A DNA stretch of 64,000 nucleotides from Octopus vulgaris (taxonomy: Eukaryota). This document shows, one piece after another, positions 40,329 through 53,228 of this stretch. The position numbers and the translations under genes are program-made. Every line of letters begins with the position of its first letter. Within the stretch, counting starts at the first letter, position 1. The notes under the pieces were generated by a model. That model was given only the letters and a program-made list of their open reading frames with translations, searched no databases and was not told the DNA's origin. The DNA is taken from contig OX597834.1 in the NCBI GenBank assembly GCA_951406725.2, forward strand, positions 21,142,001 to 21,206,000. Reading direction: 5' to 3'.

Positions 40329-40390
40329 CTGCGCTGACGAAGCTACAGATATCCTTGTGATATTAATAGCTGAAACCGTTCGGTACGCAG
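40329..40390 (+). ncRNA. Intact type-I hammerhead ribozyme
   Basis: ctgcg CTGACGA AGCTA (21-nt loop) TAGCT GAAA CCG tt CGG TA cgcag; all core bases canonical, three perfect stems, predicted cleavage after A40385. Confidence 0.9.
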
Positions 40391-40655
40391 GTGATTATTC
40401 CATTTCGTATATTTCTTTTGTCTTACCTATTGCTTTAGGTCGTGCTGAATTTTATTTTATTTGAGAACAAAATCTTTGTGGAGAATGGCGATTTGACGTC
40501 TATATCTAGCATGTTGACTGTCCACTTTTTCGTGTTCAGTCCTTAATTGGTAAATATATATATATATATACTGGCGCAGGCCTGGTTGTGTGGTAAGAAA
40601 CTTGCATGGCACATTGAGGAAGGGTCTTCTACTATAACCTTGGGCTGACCAAAGC

Positions 40656-40922
40656 GGCGATCTTTCGATACTAGTAACATAACTGTCACTTATAAACCAA
40701 GTGGGTTTATTTACATTTCTGAAGATATATATATGTACATGCATACACTGTGCACTGTAACCTTTTCAATTAAATGTACACTCACAACATAGGTGTCAAC
40801 CCAGTGACCCCCTGCTCACGATGTCACGCAGTTTATGTATGTATATATATATCTTCAGAAATGTAAATAAACCCACGTGGTTTATAAGTGACATTTATGT
40901 TACTAGTATCGAAAGATCGCCA
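40656..40922. repeat. ~95-bp inverted repeat pair
   Basis: 40656-40751 is the reverse complement of 40828-40922. Confidence 0.85.
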
Positions 40923-41339
40923 AAAATTATTTACTTAGTGTAAAAAAAATTATTTATTTTGTGTTTTATTTACTTTGCTAGGTAGTCGTTGTAGGATCGA
41001 CTAGTCACGACTAGCTAGCGCGGATGCGCGAGTACGCGAGTGTGCACATCGGGATCACTCTTCTTAAATAGTACCCGAATTCTATGGAGATTTCAGTTCC
41101 ATCTTTTACCATCTTGGGCTCTTCATTCATTTTCTTCATTGCGCTTGTGTATTCACAAATGAGTTCATTACCTTCGTAAGTAGATGGGACAACAGTAACA
41201 CTTGTTTTTAGGTTCCTCCTATTTCATTTTCTTTGTATAATTCTGTTGTGTTCTCAGCATCATGTTCAGGAAATAATCTCCTATATGTTTGTTCAGCATA
41301 CTTCCTTAAATGTTGTTTCGTTAAAAAATATAAAAGGCC

Positions 41340-41900
41340 CAGAATTTGACTCACCCTTAAATTTCCTTGGGTTATGTAAATACCCCAAGAGAGTCAAGGT
41401 TTCAACATTCCTTCTCTTATTATATCTATGCATGTCTTTCAAGAAGATTTAGAACCAAAGGGTTGCCGACGATATTAAGTTTATTCCATAATAAAGAAAT
41501 TATCAAGTTTATTCCATAAAAATTCTATTGAATATTCTGCTTTCAGTAAACCTGTATCATCAGCGTAAATAACCTTCAAAATAATTTCTACTGAATGCAG
41601 AATTTCATATAGTAAATTGAGAGATTTCCATTCTTCGTCAGCGACGGCATCTGTGGAAAGTTCTGGAAAGTTCTGCTCAATCATATGGAATGTGCTATTC
41701 TACCGAATTCTGCAATCCAGTATAAGTTTATATTCTCTGTTATCAAAGTTCGCTCGTAGAAAATCTTGCAAAATTTCATTTTTTGTAGGAGATTTACGGA
41801 AAAGTTTTGAAATTTTTCTTACCTTTTTAAAAACTTTGTTAAATTCAGGTTTTGGCTGGGGAAAACAAGCATTTTCGTGAGCCAAATCTGTTTGACAAAG
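41340..41900 (-). pseudogene. hAT-superfamily transposase remnant
   Basis: KKVRKISKLFRKSPTKNEILQ...KLILDCRIR*NSTFHMIEQ (TRWNST motif with TGG>TAG), EEWKSL..., LGYLHNPRKFK. Confidence 0.85.
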
Positions 41901-42414
41901 TATGTCTTGTTGGCTTATGTCAGCTTCATCATTACTATCGTCTGTTATGGCGATCTCTTCACTTTTTTTATCAAAAAATTTAGTGTTACTTCTTGAAATG
42001 AATCTGGAACTGGTTATTACATATGCTCAACGGGGAAAGATCACCCGACTGAAGACTAACGACATCCCCTTGACTTGCTATGAATAAACTCAGTTACCTG
42101 CAAATTCAAAGAGACAGCCAGGGGTTAGCGAAGGAGATGACAAGGTGCTGATCAAGGGGAAAGAAGGTGAGAATTGATATGTTGCGATATGTTTCAATGA
42201 AACAGACAGCACTCTCAACTAAAGGTGACCGACAACAGTTCAGTTTCAACGATATTTCTTGAAAATAAAAAATGGAGAAATGTTTTTGGGGAAAAAAAAA
42301 TAAAAAGATCTTTTCACTTTGACCGGCACATTTAAAAAATAGTTATTTGTAATTAAACACTTTTAAACTTCGTACACTGGTAGAATGTGTTACATAAAAC
42401 ATCTTTTATTGAAA

Positions 42415-42502
42415 AGATCCGAAACAGCAAGCCTTAAAATCGGTTTTGGGAAATCGGTTTCGGTTTTACTGATCATAATATAAAACCGGTTTTCGAGGCC
42501 TA
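42415..42502 (-). mobile_element. Probable hAT terminus with subterminal repeats
   Basis: Minus strand starts TAGGCCTCGAAAACCGGTTTT, followed by repeated aaaaccga motifs. Confidence 0.55.
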
Positions 42503-43613
42503 GTGTGTATGTGTGTGTGTGTTTGTCCCATATCACGCCTCAACAACTGGTATTAGTTTGTTTACATTCCCACAACTTACTGCTTCAACGAAAGAGTACC
42601 ATAGTTATTAATTTAAAAGAAACGTAAGTACTAGGGGCTAGTTTTTGTCTTATACCGGTTATATGATGGTAAATGACTGAATTAGCTTCGTCAGTGTTTA
42701 TTAATTTAGCCAAGACCTTAAAGTACTAATATAACAAAAGGCCACTACAAGAACTATCATCATCATCATCGTCATCATTACCAATGCCATTCTAGGAGCA
42801 GCAGAATTAGTAGTAGTAGTAGTAGTAGTAGTAATGAAGTCAATAGAGGATGTAATTGTGGTAGTAATAGTAGTAGTAGCAGCAGACGTGGTGGTTGTGG
42901 AGGTGGTGCTTGTATAAGCAGTAGTAGTAGTAGTAGTAGTAGTCTTAGTGAAGACGGCAGAGGATGTGGTGGTGGTGGTGCTAGCAGCAGCAGCAGCAGC
43001 AGTACTAGTAGTAGTAGTAGACTACAATAATCTAACAATATCAGTTGAACCAAGGATATAGGCTCGACATGTTCGCTTGCCCTTAACCAGCTAGAAATAG
43101 CAGCCACATCTCCCTCAAATCACACCCACCCGTCTTCAGACATGAAATATTAGGGGTTTTGGGTTATATGAATATAATTTCAGAGACCATAAAATGTTTG
43201 ACTTAAAAGACTAGATAATCATGGTTAGATTGACTACACCAGTTTCTCTTTTTATCTTAGGCCTGTCTAACAACCATGTGCTAATATCTCGGGGTTAAAT
43301 AAAATAGCAACAACAACAACAACGGCCATGGTTTAGTGGCAGTTGATCTTGCCTTTTGCCAGCCCAGTCAGTGTGTAGTTATGGTATCTCCTACATAGAA
43401 CAGCTGTTAACTGAGGATAACGCCTATTGATTGTCTTGCCATTTTCATCTTCATCATCATCATCATCTTGTGCTGTATTAGAGCTGTTTTCCTACCATAC
43501 TGGACATTGCTACTCTCTCTTTCTCTCTCTCTCTCTCTCCACATGTACACGCACATAAACATATATTGGCACACACATGTACCCATCCGTACCTATATAT
43601 AAATACATGTGTG

Positions 43614-43658
<45 letters not shown>

Positions 43659-43739
43659 ATGTACATATATATATGTGTGTGTGTATGTACATATTTATAT
43701 ATGTGTGTGTGTATGTACATATATATATATATATTTATT

Positions 43740-43772
<33 letters not shown>

Positions 43773-43813
43773 ATACATAGAGTAATAGGCATTATACATT
43801 CATATACACACAT

Positions 43814-43848
<35 letters not shown>

Positions 43849-44223
43849 ATAGTTTCATTCAGGCATTAATCCTGGAGTTTACCCTGTTAAGCTTCATGTA
43901 ATAAACGGTCTTGCTACTGCGATCCTCCTTGTTTATATATGTACATATATATATATATATATATGTCTATCATTAACACTTGTGGTAGCAGTAGTATTAT
44001 CACAATCACTACTACTACTACTGCTGCTACTACTGCTGCTGTTTTATCTCTACCATTTCCACTTGGTGCCGTGTGCTGTTTTGTTTGTCTCTTGTATTTA
44101 CATAATCCTAACATTTTTCACTGCTTGTTTCCCTTCATTAAACACAGCTACTTCTCAAGAATTTTTATTTCCGAAACATATGCAACCACACACACACAAA
44201 CACAATCACTTGCACTCACATAT

Positions 44224-44295
<72 letters not shown>

Positions 44296-44310
44296 GTATG
44301 TATATATGTG

Positions 44311-44365
<55 letters not shown>

Positions 44366-44401
44366 ATGTATATATATACACAAACACACACACACACACA
44401 C

Positions 44402-44434
<33 letters not shown>

Positions 44435-45279
44435 TATATACACGTCCTTTCTTAAACTGAATGCATAAACGTGTACATACCCCCTCATCGCATCTCCTTG
44501 CAGTAGAATACTTAAATAGATGCGAGCACACTTATATACACACATATATACACATGCACACATTATTGCTCTTGCTTACATCTATGCACATACATATATA
44601 TATATACATGCATAAGCACACATGTACATGCATACATCCACACACAATATGCAAAATCTTATGTATTTATACAAATACGTGCATAGGGTATGCACATATG
44701 CATGTGTTTGTATACACACAAACATATATACGTACACATATACATACATACATATATATCTATACATATATATACATATATATATATATATACATATATA
44801 TATGTGTGTGTATGCATACATACGTATGTATATATATGTATATGTGTATATACATACATATGTATATATATATATATGTATATGTATGTATATATGTATA
44901 TATACGTACATATATATACATATATACATACATATATATATACATATGTATGTATATACACATATACATATATATACATACGTATGTATGCATACACGCA
45001 CACACATATATATATATATATGTTTATATGTATATATGCATGTATGTATGTATGCACACACAAGCCTGAGCATGGAGAAATACATTTACAGATGTTGGCA
45101 CACAATCACAAACAGATATATATACAGACTTGTGCATGTTTATGCATAAATGAACTTGCACACATGGCCATGCGCATATGCAAACATGTTTGGAAGAGCA
45201 CATAGATTTATACGCACATAGAAATAGATAAAGTCACTCATGCACATGCTGAGAGATACACACATATGCACGAGCACAA

Positions 45280-45317
<38 letters not shown>

Positions 45318-45389
45318 TCTGGTAATTATACTGCTATTCTTTAACACAGATTCTCTAAGATTAGATTTGAACAATCCGTCATTTCCCCT

Positions 45390-45900
45390 CACCGCCACCA
45401 CCACCACTACAACCACCACCATCACCATCACTACCATTTCCACTACCACCACCACTATTACCACTATCAGTACTACAACAACCACCACAACCACCACCAC
45501 TACTATCGCCAATGCCAACTTAGCCATCACCATCACCACCACCACCATCACCATCACTACCATTTCCACTACCACCACCACTATTACCATCAGTACTACA
45601 ACAACCACCACAACCACCACCACCACTACATTCGCCAACGCCACCTCAACCATCACCACCACCACCATCACCATCACTACCATTTCCGCTACCGCCACCA
45701 CTATTACCATCAGTACTACAACAACCACCACAACCACTACATTCGCCAACGCCACCTCAACCATCACCACCACCACCATCACCATCACTACCATTTCCAC
45801 TACCACCACCACTATTACCACCATCAGTACTACAACAACCACCACAACCACCACCACTACTATTGCCAATGCCACCTCAACCATCACCACCACCATCACC
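45390..45900. repeat. ~120-bp ACC-derived minisatellite, about 4 units
   Basis: Unit containing catttccactacc..cagtactacaacaacc..gccaacgccacctcaacc repeated. Confidence 0.9.
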
Positions 45901-46204
45901 GTCGTCAAATATCTTAAAGTTTTGCAACATTTAGAAAATATCATCCTTTACATTTCAATTGGTTTCAGTCACTCAGCTGTGGCCATGCTACAGCCCAACC
46001 ATATTTAATCCTGCTAGAGACAGTTTTCATGGAATATAGTGAAGAATGTAAAATGGTCTTTTAGTCTTGAGACAAAATGGCTTTTGTTTGTTGTCTATTG
46101 TTCTATGGCCCCAGCCAGATCAGACCTGGTCAAACTTTTATAACCACAGGTATGCTAATCTTACTGACCTCAAATTTGATTTAGATAAAGCATAGGATAA
46201 AGAT

Positions 46205-46591
46205 TGTGGAGGCGCAATGGCCCAGTGGTTAGGGCAGCGGACTCGCAGTCGTAGGATCGCGGTTTCGATTCCCAGACCGGGCGTTGTGAGTGTTTATTGA
46301 GCGAAAACACCTAAAGCTCCACGAGGCTCCGGCAGGGATGGTGGTGATCCCTGCTGTACTCTTTCACCACAACTTTCTCTCACTCTTACTTCCTGTTCCT
46401 GTTGTACCTGTATTTCAAAGGGCCGGCCTTGTCACTCTCTGTGTCACGCTGAATATCCCCGAGAACTACGTTAAGGGTACACGTGTCTGTGGAGTGCTCA
46501 GCCACTTACACGTTAATTTCATGAGCAGGCTGTTCCGTTGATCGGATCAACCGGAACCCTCGTCGTCGTAACCGACGGAGTGCTTCCATCC
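46205..46591 (+). mobile_element. SINE family D1, full length with TSD
   Basis: TSD aggataaagat at 46194-46204 and 46592-46602; A box tggcccagtgg, B box gtttcgattcc. Confidence 0.9.
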
Positions 46592-46824
46592 AGGATAAAG
46601 ATCGATTCCATTTAAGCTCAAAGGACCAGTTTTCGAGTTTCTGTGGTGTATAAATTACTCCCTGGATGGGACCATGTCTGGTAAGCTCACCATCGTCAAT
46701 TCATTGTAGAGAAAGTTCACCGTTATCAATTCTCCCCTTTTTTTCCAATAGGACAGCTTTTAGATATTCTTTTCTACTCTAGGCACAAGGCCCATATATA
46801 TATGACAGGCTTCTTTCAATTTTT

Positions 46825-46958
46825 CTTAACCAACCACATGGTTCCGGGTTCAGTACCACTGCGTGACACCTTGGGCAAGTGTCTTCTGCTATAGCCCCGA
46901 GCCGACCAATGCCTTGTGAGTGGATTTGGTAGACGGAAACTGAAAGAAGCCTGTCGTG

Positions 46959-47007
<49 letters not shown>

Positions 47008-47222
47008 ATGTGTTTGTGTGTCTGTGTTTGTCTCCCTAGCATTGCTTGACAACCGATGCTGGTGTGTTTACGTCCCTGTCACTTAGCGGTCCGGCAAAAG
47101 AGACCGATAGAATAAGTACTGGGCTTACAAAGAATAAGTCCCGGGGGTCGATTTGCTCGACTAAAGGCGGTGCTCCAGCATGGCCGCAGTCAAATGACTG
47201 AAACAAGTAAAGGAGTAAAAGA
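46825..47222 (+). mobile_element. SINE family A, 5' truncated
   Basis: Near-identical to other A copies. Confidence 0.9.
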
Positions 47223-48041
47223 GATCTACTCACAAGGCTTTGTCTGGCCTGCAGCTATAGTATAGCAGAAGACACTTAGCGAATGGTGCCATGCACGGGG
47301 ACAGAATCCAGAACCACGTGGTTGAGAAGGAAACCTGTTACAAAACCCAGCTTACCTTATTTATTTCTTGCTTTTACCTTCGCAAACCAAACCCAAGAAT
47401 TCCTAAAGTGGTTGGCGCTCATTGCTACATTTCTATAATGACTTGCTGTGATGAAGTAGAAGGAGATAGAGATGGGCGGGGGGGCAAGGGTGGGGCAGGA
47501 AATGAAGGGGATAGGCTTTAAGAAGAAGAACCATTATTATTATTAGTAGTACTCATAGATCTACTAGTAGTAGCTTTTAGATACGGAACTTTTGATATGA
47601 ATGGAGATGACGGAAGGAAGAAATGAATGTACTGTTCCTTCAATCCCACTGACATACTATATATATACATATTAATATTTATATATATATATATATATAT
47701 TTTTCATAATTGTGTTTACGTATATATATATACACATATAAATATACATATACATATTTATATTTATATATATATATATAAATATAAATATGTATATGTA
47801 TATTTATATATATAAATATGTATATATACATACATACACACAATTATGTAAAATATACCCATATAAATATACTTTTATATACAAGTATATATATGTCTGT
47901 GTGTGTAGAAATATATGTATAGAAATATATTTTTACAAGCAAATATATTCATATACACACACACACATTTATATATATACACACATACTTCTCTGTCTCT
48001 TTCTCACTCCTGATTATACATTTATACATATACGTGTACAC

Positions 48042-48111
<70 letters not shown>

Positions 48112-49165
48112 GTACATATATACCTGTATATATACATACGCATACACATACACACACACACACTACAGAGACTAATATCTTTTTTTTCATATGTCACTTT
48201 TAATTTCTTTTCATTTACTTTCTACCAACAAAATGAATAAATATAAGTCATTATCATTATCATCTTCATCATCACCACCACCACCACCACCACCACCACC
48301 ATCACCACCACCATCATCATCATCATTATGTGACGAGAATTTTAAAGAAAAATTGTTTTGTTTTCACACGTCTATGTTTATTACCATTTTTTTTTTTTTT
48401 ACTTAGTATATGTTTTAAATTTCTGTTTTGCATTTATTTTGCTTTTATTTTATTTTTCTTATTTACCTATTCGTCTTCAGTTTTTCATTTCGCTAATCCT
48501 TGTTTATGCTTTCTAGGCATTTCACTGTTTTAATGGGAAAGAAAAAAAGAATTGATAACAAAATTAGTACTTACTGAATACGTCCATATGTGTGTCTGTG
48601 TATTTATGTACATATATATAAATATACATACATACATCATAAATATATATATATATATTATTTATATATATGTATATATTTATATTATCTGTGTATATAT
48701 ATATATATATTAAATTAGAGATAAAACCACTATTAGGCAAATCATTATATTATATAAACATTATATAAATAATATATAGTATGGTGTGTGTGTGTGTAAA
48801 TATATACACAATATATATAAAGTATACACATGATCTATATATAAAATATATATAATATATACATAATATGAAATGAATAAAAATAAAAGAATATATATAT
48901 ATATATATAAACATCATATATATAATATATAGTGTAATGTGTGTGCGTATGTGTGTGTGTATATATATATATATATACATATAATACATAAAATATATAG
49001 AATATATTTAATGAGTGATATAGCAGGGAAAGCATCAATGAAGGCGAGTTCACTTTTGTTTGGTTATCCACAACTCAAGTAGTATCCAAGAGTATCCAAC
49101 GGCAAATGGAACCTAAAAAGTGTCATAAAAATCATAATAAAAACAGAGAAATAGGTTATCTGGTG

Positions 49166-49288
49166 CTGCTACAATTGTTTCATTAAGAGTGTTTGTTATG
49201 ACATAAACATGCTACAGTCATATGTGTAGTATGTACAACATTAATACAATTATGTAATAGGTTACACAGCTCTCAACTCATCAGGTTT
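49166..49288 (-). ncRNA. Hammerhead-like motif with a long loop II insertion
   Basis: Minus strand CTGATGA GTTGAGAG..~80 nt..CTCTTAAT GAAA CAATTG TA; stem I is weak. Confidence 0.6.
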
Positions 49289-49879
49289 ACCTTATAAGCA
49301 AATGAATAACCACTTGTTGACTAATTGACAAATTATGAACTTGTGAAATTTGTAAGCAGAATTATTATCGACATTTAAGAAATGTAAAGTGGGTGGGACT
49401 ACAATCTGCCAGGATGGATAGCAGAATGAGGTTGTAAGTTAAAGAATAGTTAAAAGCATTTCTATTCTAAAGATGTCCTTAAACTTAGCAGCCTTGCTCA
49501 TAAAGGCTGGTACTGGCAAAAACCTGTTTGTCTACAAGCAGATAGCAGGCACCAAGCATAGTATTTGACCGTATCAAAATATGATCTAAGATAGTAGCCC
49601 ACGCTGTTCTAAAAACCCCATTTGTTGTGTTATATTTAGTACATTAAGGAGTTATATGGGTAATAAATTTCAACTTTAGTTGTTCTTTTACATAATTTTA
49701 CGTCCACTTTCCATGCTGGCATGGGTTGGACGGTTTGACAGTGAACCTGTTAAGTGCAGCGAAGCATTGTGCTCCAATGTCAGCTTTGGCATGGTTTTTT
49801 ACAGCTGGGTGCCCTTCCTAACACCAACCACTTTACAAGTATATAGACATAGACATTCATTAATATACAAATATACAGA

Positions 49880-50130
49880 CCCTGAGGCAATGACAAGTGA
49901 TTGTGGCCTTTGGCAATTTGCTCTGCTTGAGAAGACGTGTCAAGCCAAGTGAAACCATAGTCATGACCAGTGCTGGTGAGATGTAAAAGGGACCTAATAC
50001 ATTCTTGGAATGGTTGGGATCAGGAAGGGCATCAATCTGTAGAAACCAAGCTGTCTGGCTTAGCAGTCCTGGTGGAAACTATCTAACTCATGCCAGCATG
50101 GAAAACGGACACTGAATGATGATGATGCTG
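49880..50130 (+). mobile_element. RTE LINE 3' end: ORF C-terminus, 3' UTR and (GAT)n tail
   Basis: EAMTSDCGLWQFALLEKTCQAK* followed by the family C UTR. Confidence 0.8.
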
Positions 50131-50184
50131 ATGATATATATATATATCTTATATATATGTTTCTCTCCTTGATTTTTCTGTGTA

Positions 50185-50222
50185 TCTTTCTGTCGAAGAG
50201 CATAGGCTCGAAACGTAAAAGA
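50185..50222 (+). ncRNA. Third copy of the CUGUCGA-core hammerhead family
   Basis: tcttt CTGTCGA A GAGC atag GCTC GAAA CG TA aaaga; element ~50159-50315 between TA tracts. Confidence 0.7.
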
Positions 50223-50359
50223 CTTGTTCTATTTCTATTCCTGAGCGCCATACTAATACATTTGTTTGTAATCCACCTACCTTCGTCTTTTGTTTATTTT
50301 CGTAAACCTTCCCGTTATATATATATATATATACACATCATTGGTTTTATATATGTATA

Positions 50360-50428
50360 CTTTATTCAAAAGCAGCAGAAAATTCAACAAAACGGTTTTG
50401 TTGAATATTCTGCTGCTTTTGAATAAAG
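50360..50428. repeat. 34-bp palindrome with 1-nt spacer
   Basis: ctttattcaaaagcagcagaaaattcaacaaaac-g-gttttgttgaatattctgctgcttttgaataaag (1 mismatch). Confidence 0.9.
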
Positions 50429-50592
50429 CATATTACTCTACCACTGGTATTTGAGTACTCTTTTTTCCACCTTATTTCACATTTATGTGTTTACTCCGGT
50501 ATATATATATATATATATATAACCAATGATGTATATGTATGAATGCGTTTGTACAGGGCTGGAATAAATGTATGTATATAATATTTAAATTT

Positions 50593-50626
<34 letters not shown>

Positions 50627-51281
50627 CATCATCATCATCGTTTAACATCCATTTTCCATATATATATATATATATATATATATACAAATATATATATATA
50701 TATGCTCTTCTCTTAGGTTTTACCTTATATATAGGTAAAAGCTTTATAAATGTGTTATCACCTATCCTCAAGTCATTAACATTACTCCTCATCCACCACC
50801 TCCACCACCAATACCACCACCGCCATCATTTCTATTCCTCTGCCTCCTTATATATTATTGGTTTACTATTGATGCTGTTTTTGTTGTATTTTTTCAATGT
50901 TGTTGTTGTTGGTGGTGATAGTAGTGGTGGTGTATATTGTTATCAGACTTCTGATAGTATAATCACTAGTACTGTGTTTTTTTCTTTATTCAATTTGGTC
51001 TTAGCAAAATGGTTGTAATCAATATGAAATTGAAAATTGTGGCAGGGGATACGTATATATATATTTGTATGTGTGTGTATATGTGTATGTATATGTGTGT
51101 GTGTGAATGTCGATATATCTTTATTTATGTGTATGTATGTCAATATATGTGTGTGTATATGTCTTCATATATATGTATAAAGATGTTTATATAAACATGA
51201 ATGTATATATATATATATACACGAATATATAGATACATACACATACATATATACATATATGTGTGTACATATATGTATATA

Positions 51282-51326
<45 letters not shown>

Positions 51327-51416
51327 CACGCATACATTATATGAGTGTTAAATATGATTTATGCATGAAGTATGTCCGTGTGTAGAATGATGATAATAAT
51401 AAATACTTTGTTTTTG

Positions 51417-51465
<49 letters not shown>

Positions 51466-51963
51466 TATATGTATGTATATTCGTTTCTATTTTCCCTCAT
51501 TCGTTCTTCTCATTCATTCCTTTAACTTATTCATTCATTCAGAAAGAAAGAAAGGAAAAAACATAGAAAACAAACACATACAAACACAAACATATGCAAC
51601 GCAAAAAAAACAAATCGCAAATTTCTTTTTATTTTACATTTATTCGCGCATTTATTCGTTTGTTTGTTTGTATATTTCTTTTTCTTTTTTTATATATGCG
51701 TTTATTTTTCTCGTAACCCATTCAATTTGCCCGGAGGTGAAGCAATAAATCTAACACCTGAGATTAAAGGTATCTTAACTCACTAAAAATACAGTCCTCC
51801 CCCCTTCACCTGGCCACCACCCCAGTGAAACATTACCCAAGTGCAAGTCGGAATCAATCATCGGAATTATTGCTTCGAAAAAAAAAAAATCAATCTTTGC
51901 CGGATTTGCATCGAAATCTGGTGTTTCGTTTTACGATTGGTGAGGATGGTGGTGGTGGTGTTG

Positions 51964-51995
<32 letters not shown>

Positions 51996-52133
51996 GTTGT
52001 TGTTGGTGTTGGTGGTGGTGGTGGTGTTGTTGTTATTGTTGTTGTTGTTGGTGGTGGTGGTGGTGGAGAAAACAAAATTGACAGGGGTAAAAGAAATTGC
52101 CAGTAAAATAAAACTGTAATAATAATAATAATG

Positions 52134-52178
<45 letters not shown>

Positions 52179-52580
52179 TAACCAGTTGAGCATGTCCCTT
52201 AGTGGCTGATGATATGTGCATCTCTGATCTCGAGCAGAAGTAGTGGGGGAGCATCACAGCCGTGTGTTGAGAGGGATTCTTTGGGGTTTGAATAATTCAC
52301 CTCTGGAAACATGGGTGTTTCGTTCAACATCTTTAAACAACCCTTATTCAGGGACCTTTCGAGTGGGATGGTTTACTCGACCTGAAGAAAATTCTAACTG
52401 GGCCCCACCTGCAAGGTCATGTGCTGTTTATTTTGATATGAGATCACCATGTCGCGCACATATGGTTGTGATGCATGTTTCTGGTGTACCCTTATCAGAT
52501 GGGTAGTCATGATGGGTATACTGGGCTTCGTATATTTTACCCCAGTGTCACTTTGGTGGCAGGCACTGCTCTCTCACTCA
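52179..52580 (+). mobile_element. Family F, second copy in (TAA)n
   Basis: Homologous to 29965-30362. Confidence 0.75.
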
Positions 52581-52607
52581 ATAATAATAATAATGATAAT
52601 AATAATA

Positions 52608-52824
52608 ATCTTTTCTACTATAGACACAACGCCTGAAATTTTGGGGGAAGGGACTAGTTGATTACATTGACTCCAGTGTTTCATTGGTACTTATTTCATC
52701 GACCCCCAAAAGGATGAAAAGCAAAGTCGACCTCAGTGGAATTTGAACTCAGAATATCAAGACAGATGAACTGCCACTAAGCATTCGCCCCCACCATGCA
52801 AACAATGTCGCCAGCTCACCACCT
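52608..52824 (-). mobile_element. SINE family B copy
   Basis: Homology; further copies at 53241-53452 and 53480-53612. Confidence 0.8.
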
Positions 52825-52846
52825 TAATTATCTTAATAATGATAAT

Positions 52847-53228
52847 TCGTTCGTTTATTGGCCACAAGGGCTAACAAAAATCAATTAAAACATAAGGGGA
52901 CAAAACACAGGACAAAAGTTACAAAGGGTTTTGTCCGTTTGAAAAAGGTCCGTGTACAAAAGCAGGATAACAACGAAAAATAAGTAACAATTAAAACTTC
53001 CAATAGGGGGAGGCGCTTTGAAAGGTTACTCGTGGAAAAACCCATAAAAGCCACGGGAGCCTGGTCAAAAGTGGGGTAGAGAGCCCCTTTCTCCTTTTAT
53101 ATTTCCTTTTAATTCTCACAGGTGTATCCTCAGAATTGGTCCGTTCATACTGGCCATTCTTGCAACATTCACCCACCTTTCAATAAACTTGCTACCAGAC
53201 ATCACTTCTCTCTCAACTCTCATCTTCC
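52847..53228 (-). mobile_element. Probable Tx1/L1-clade LINE 3' end
   Basis: Minus strand KMRVEREVMSGSKFIERWVNVARMASMNGPILRIHL*, T-rich 3' UTR, ends gcccttgtggccaataaa. Confidence 0.6.

Noticed and set aside
42650-42697. Minus-strand CTGACGA..AACCGGTA hammerhead-like relic
   Set aside because: Stem II and GAAA cannot be formed
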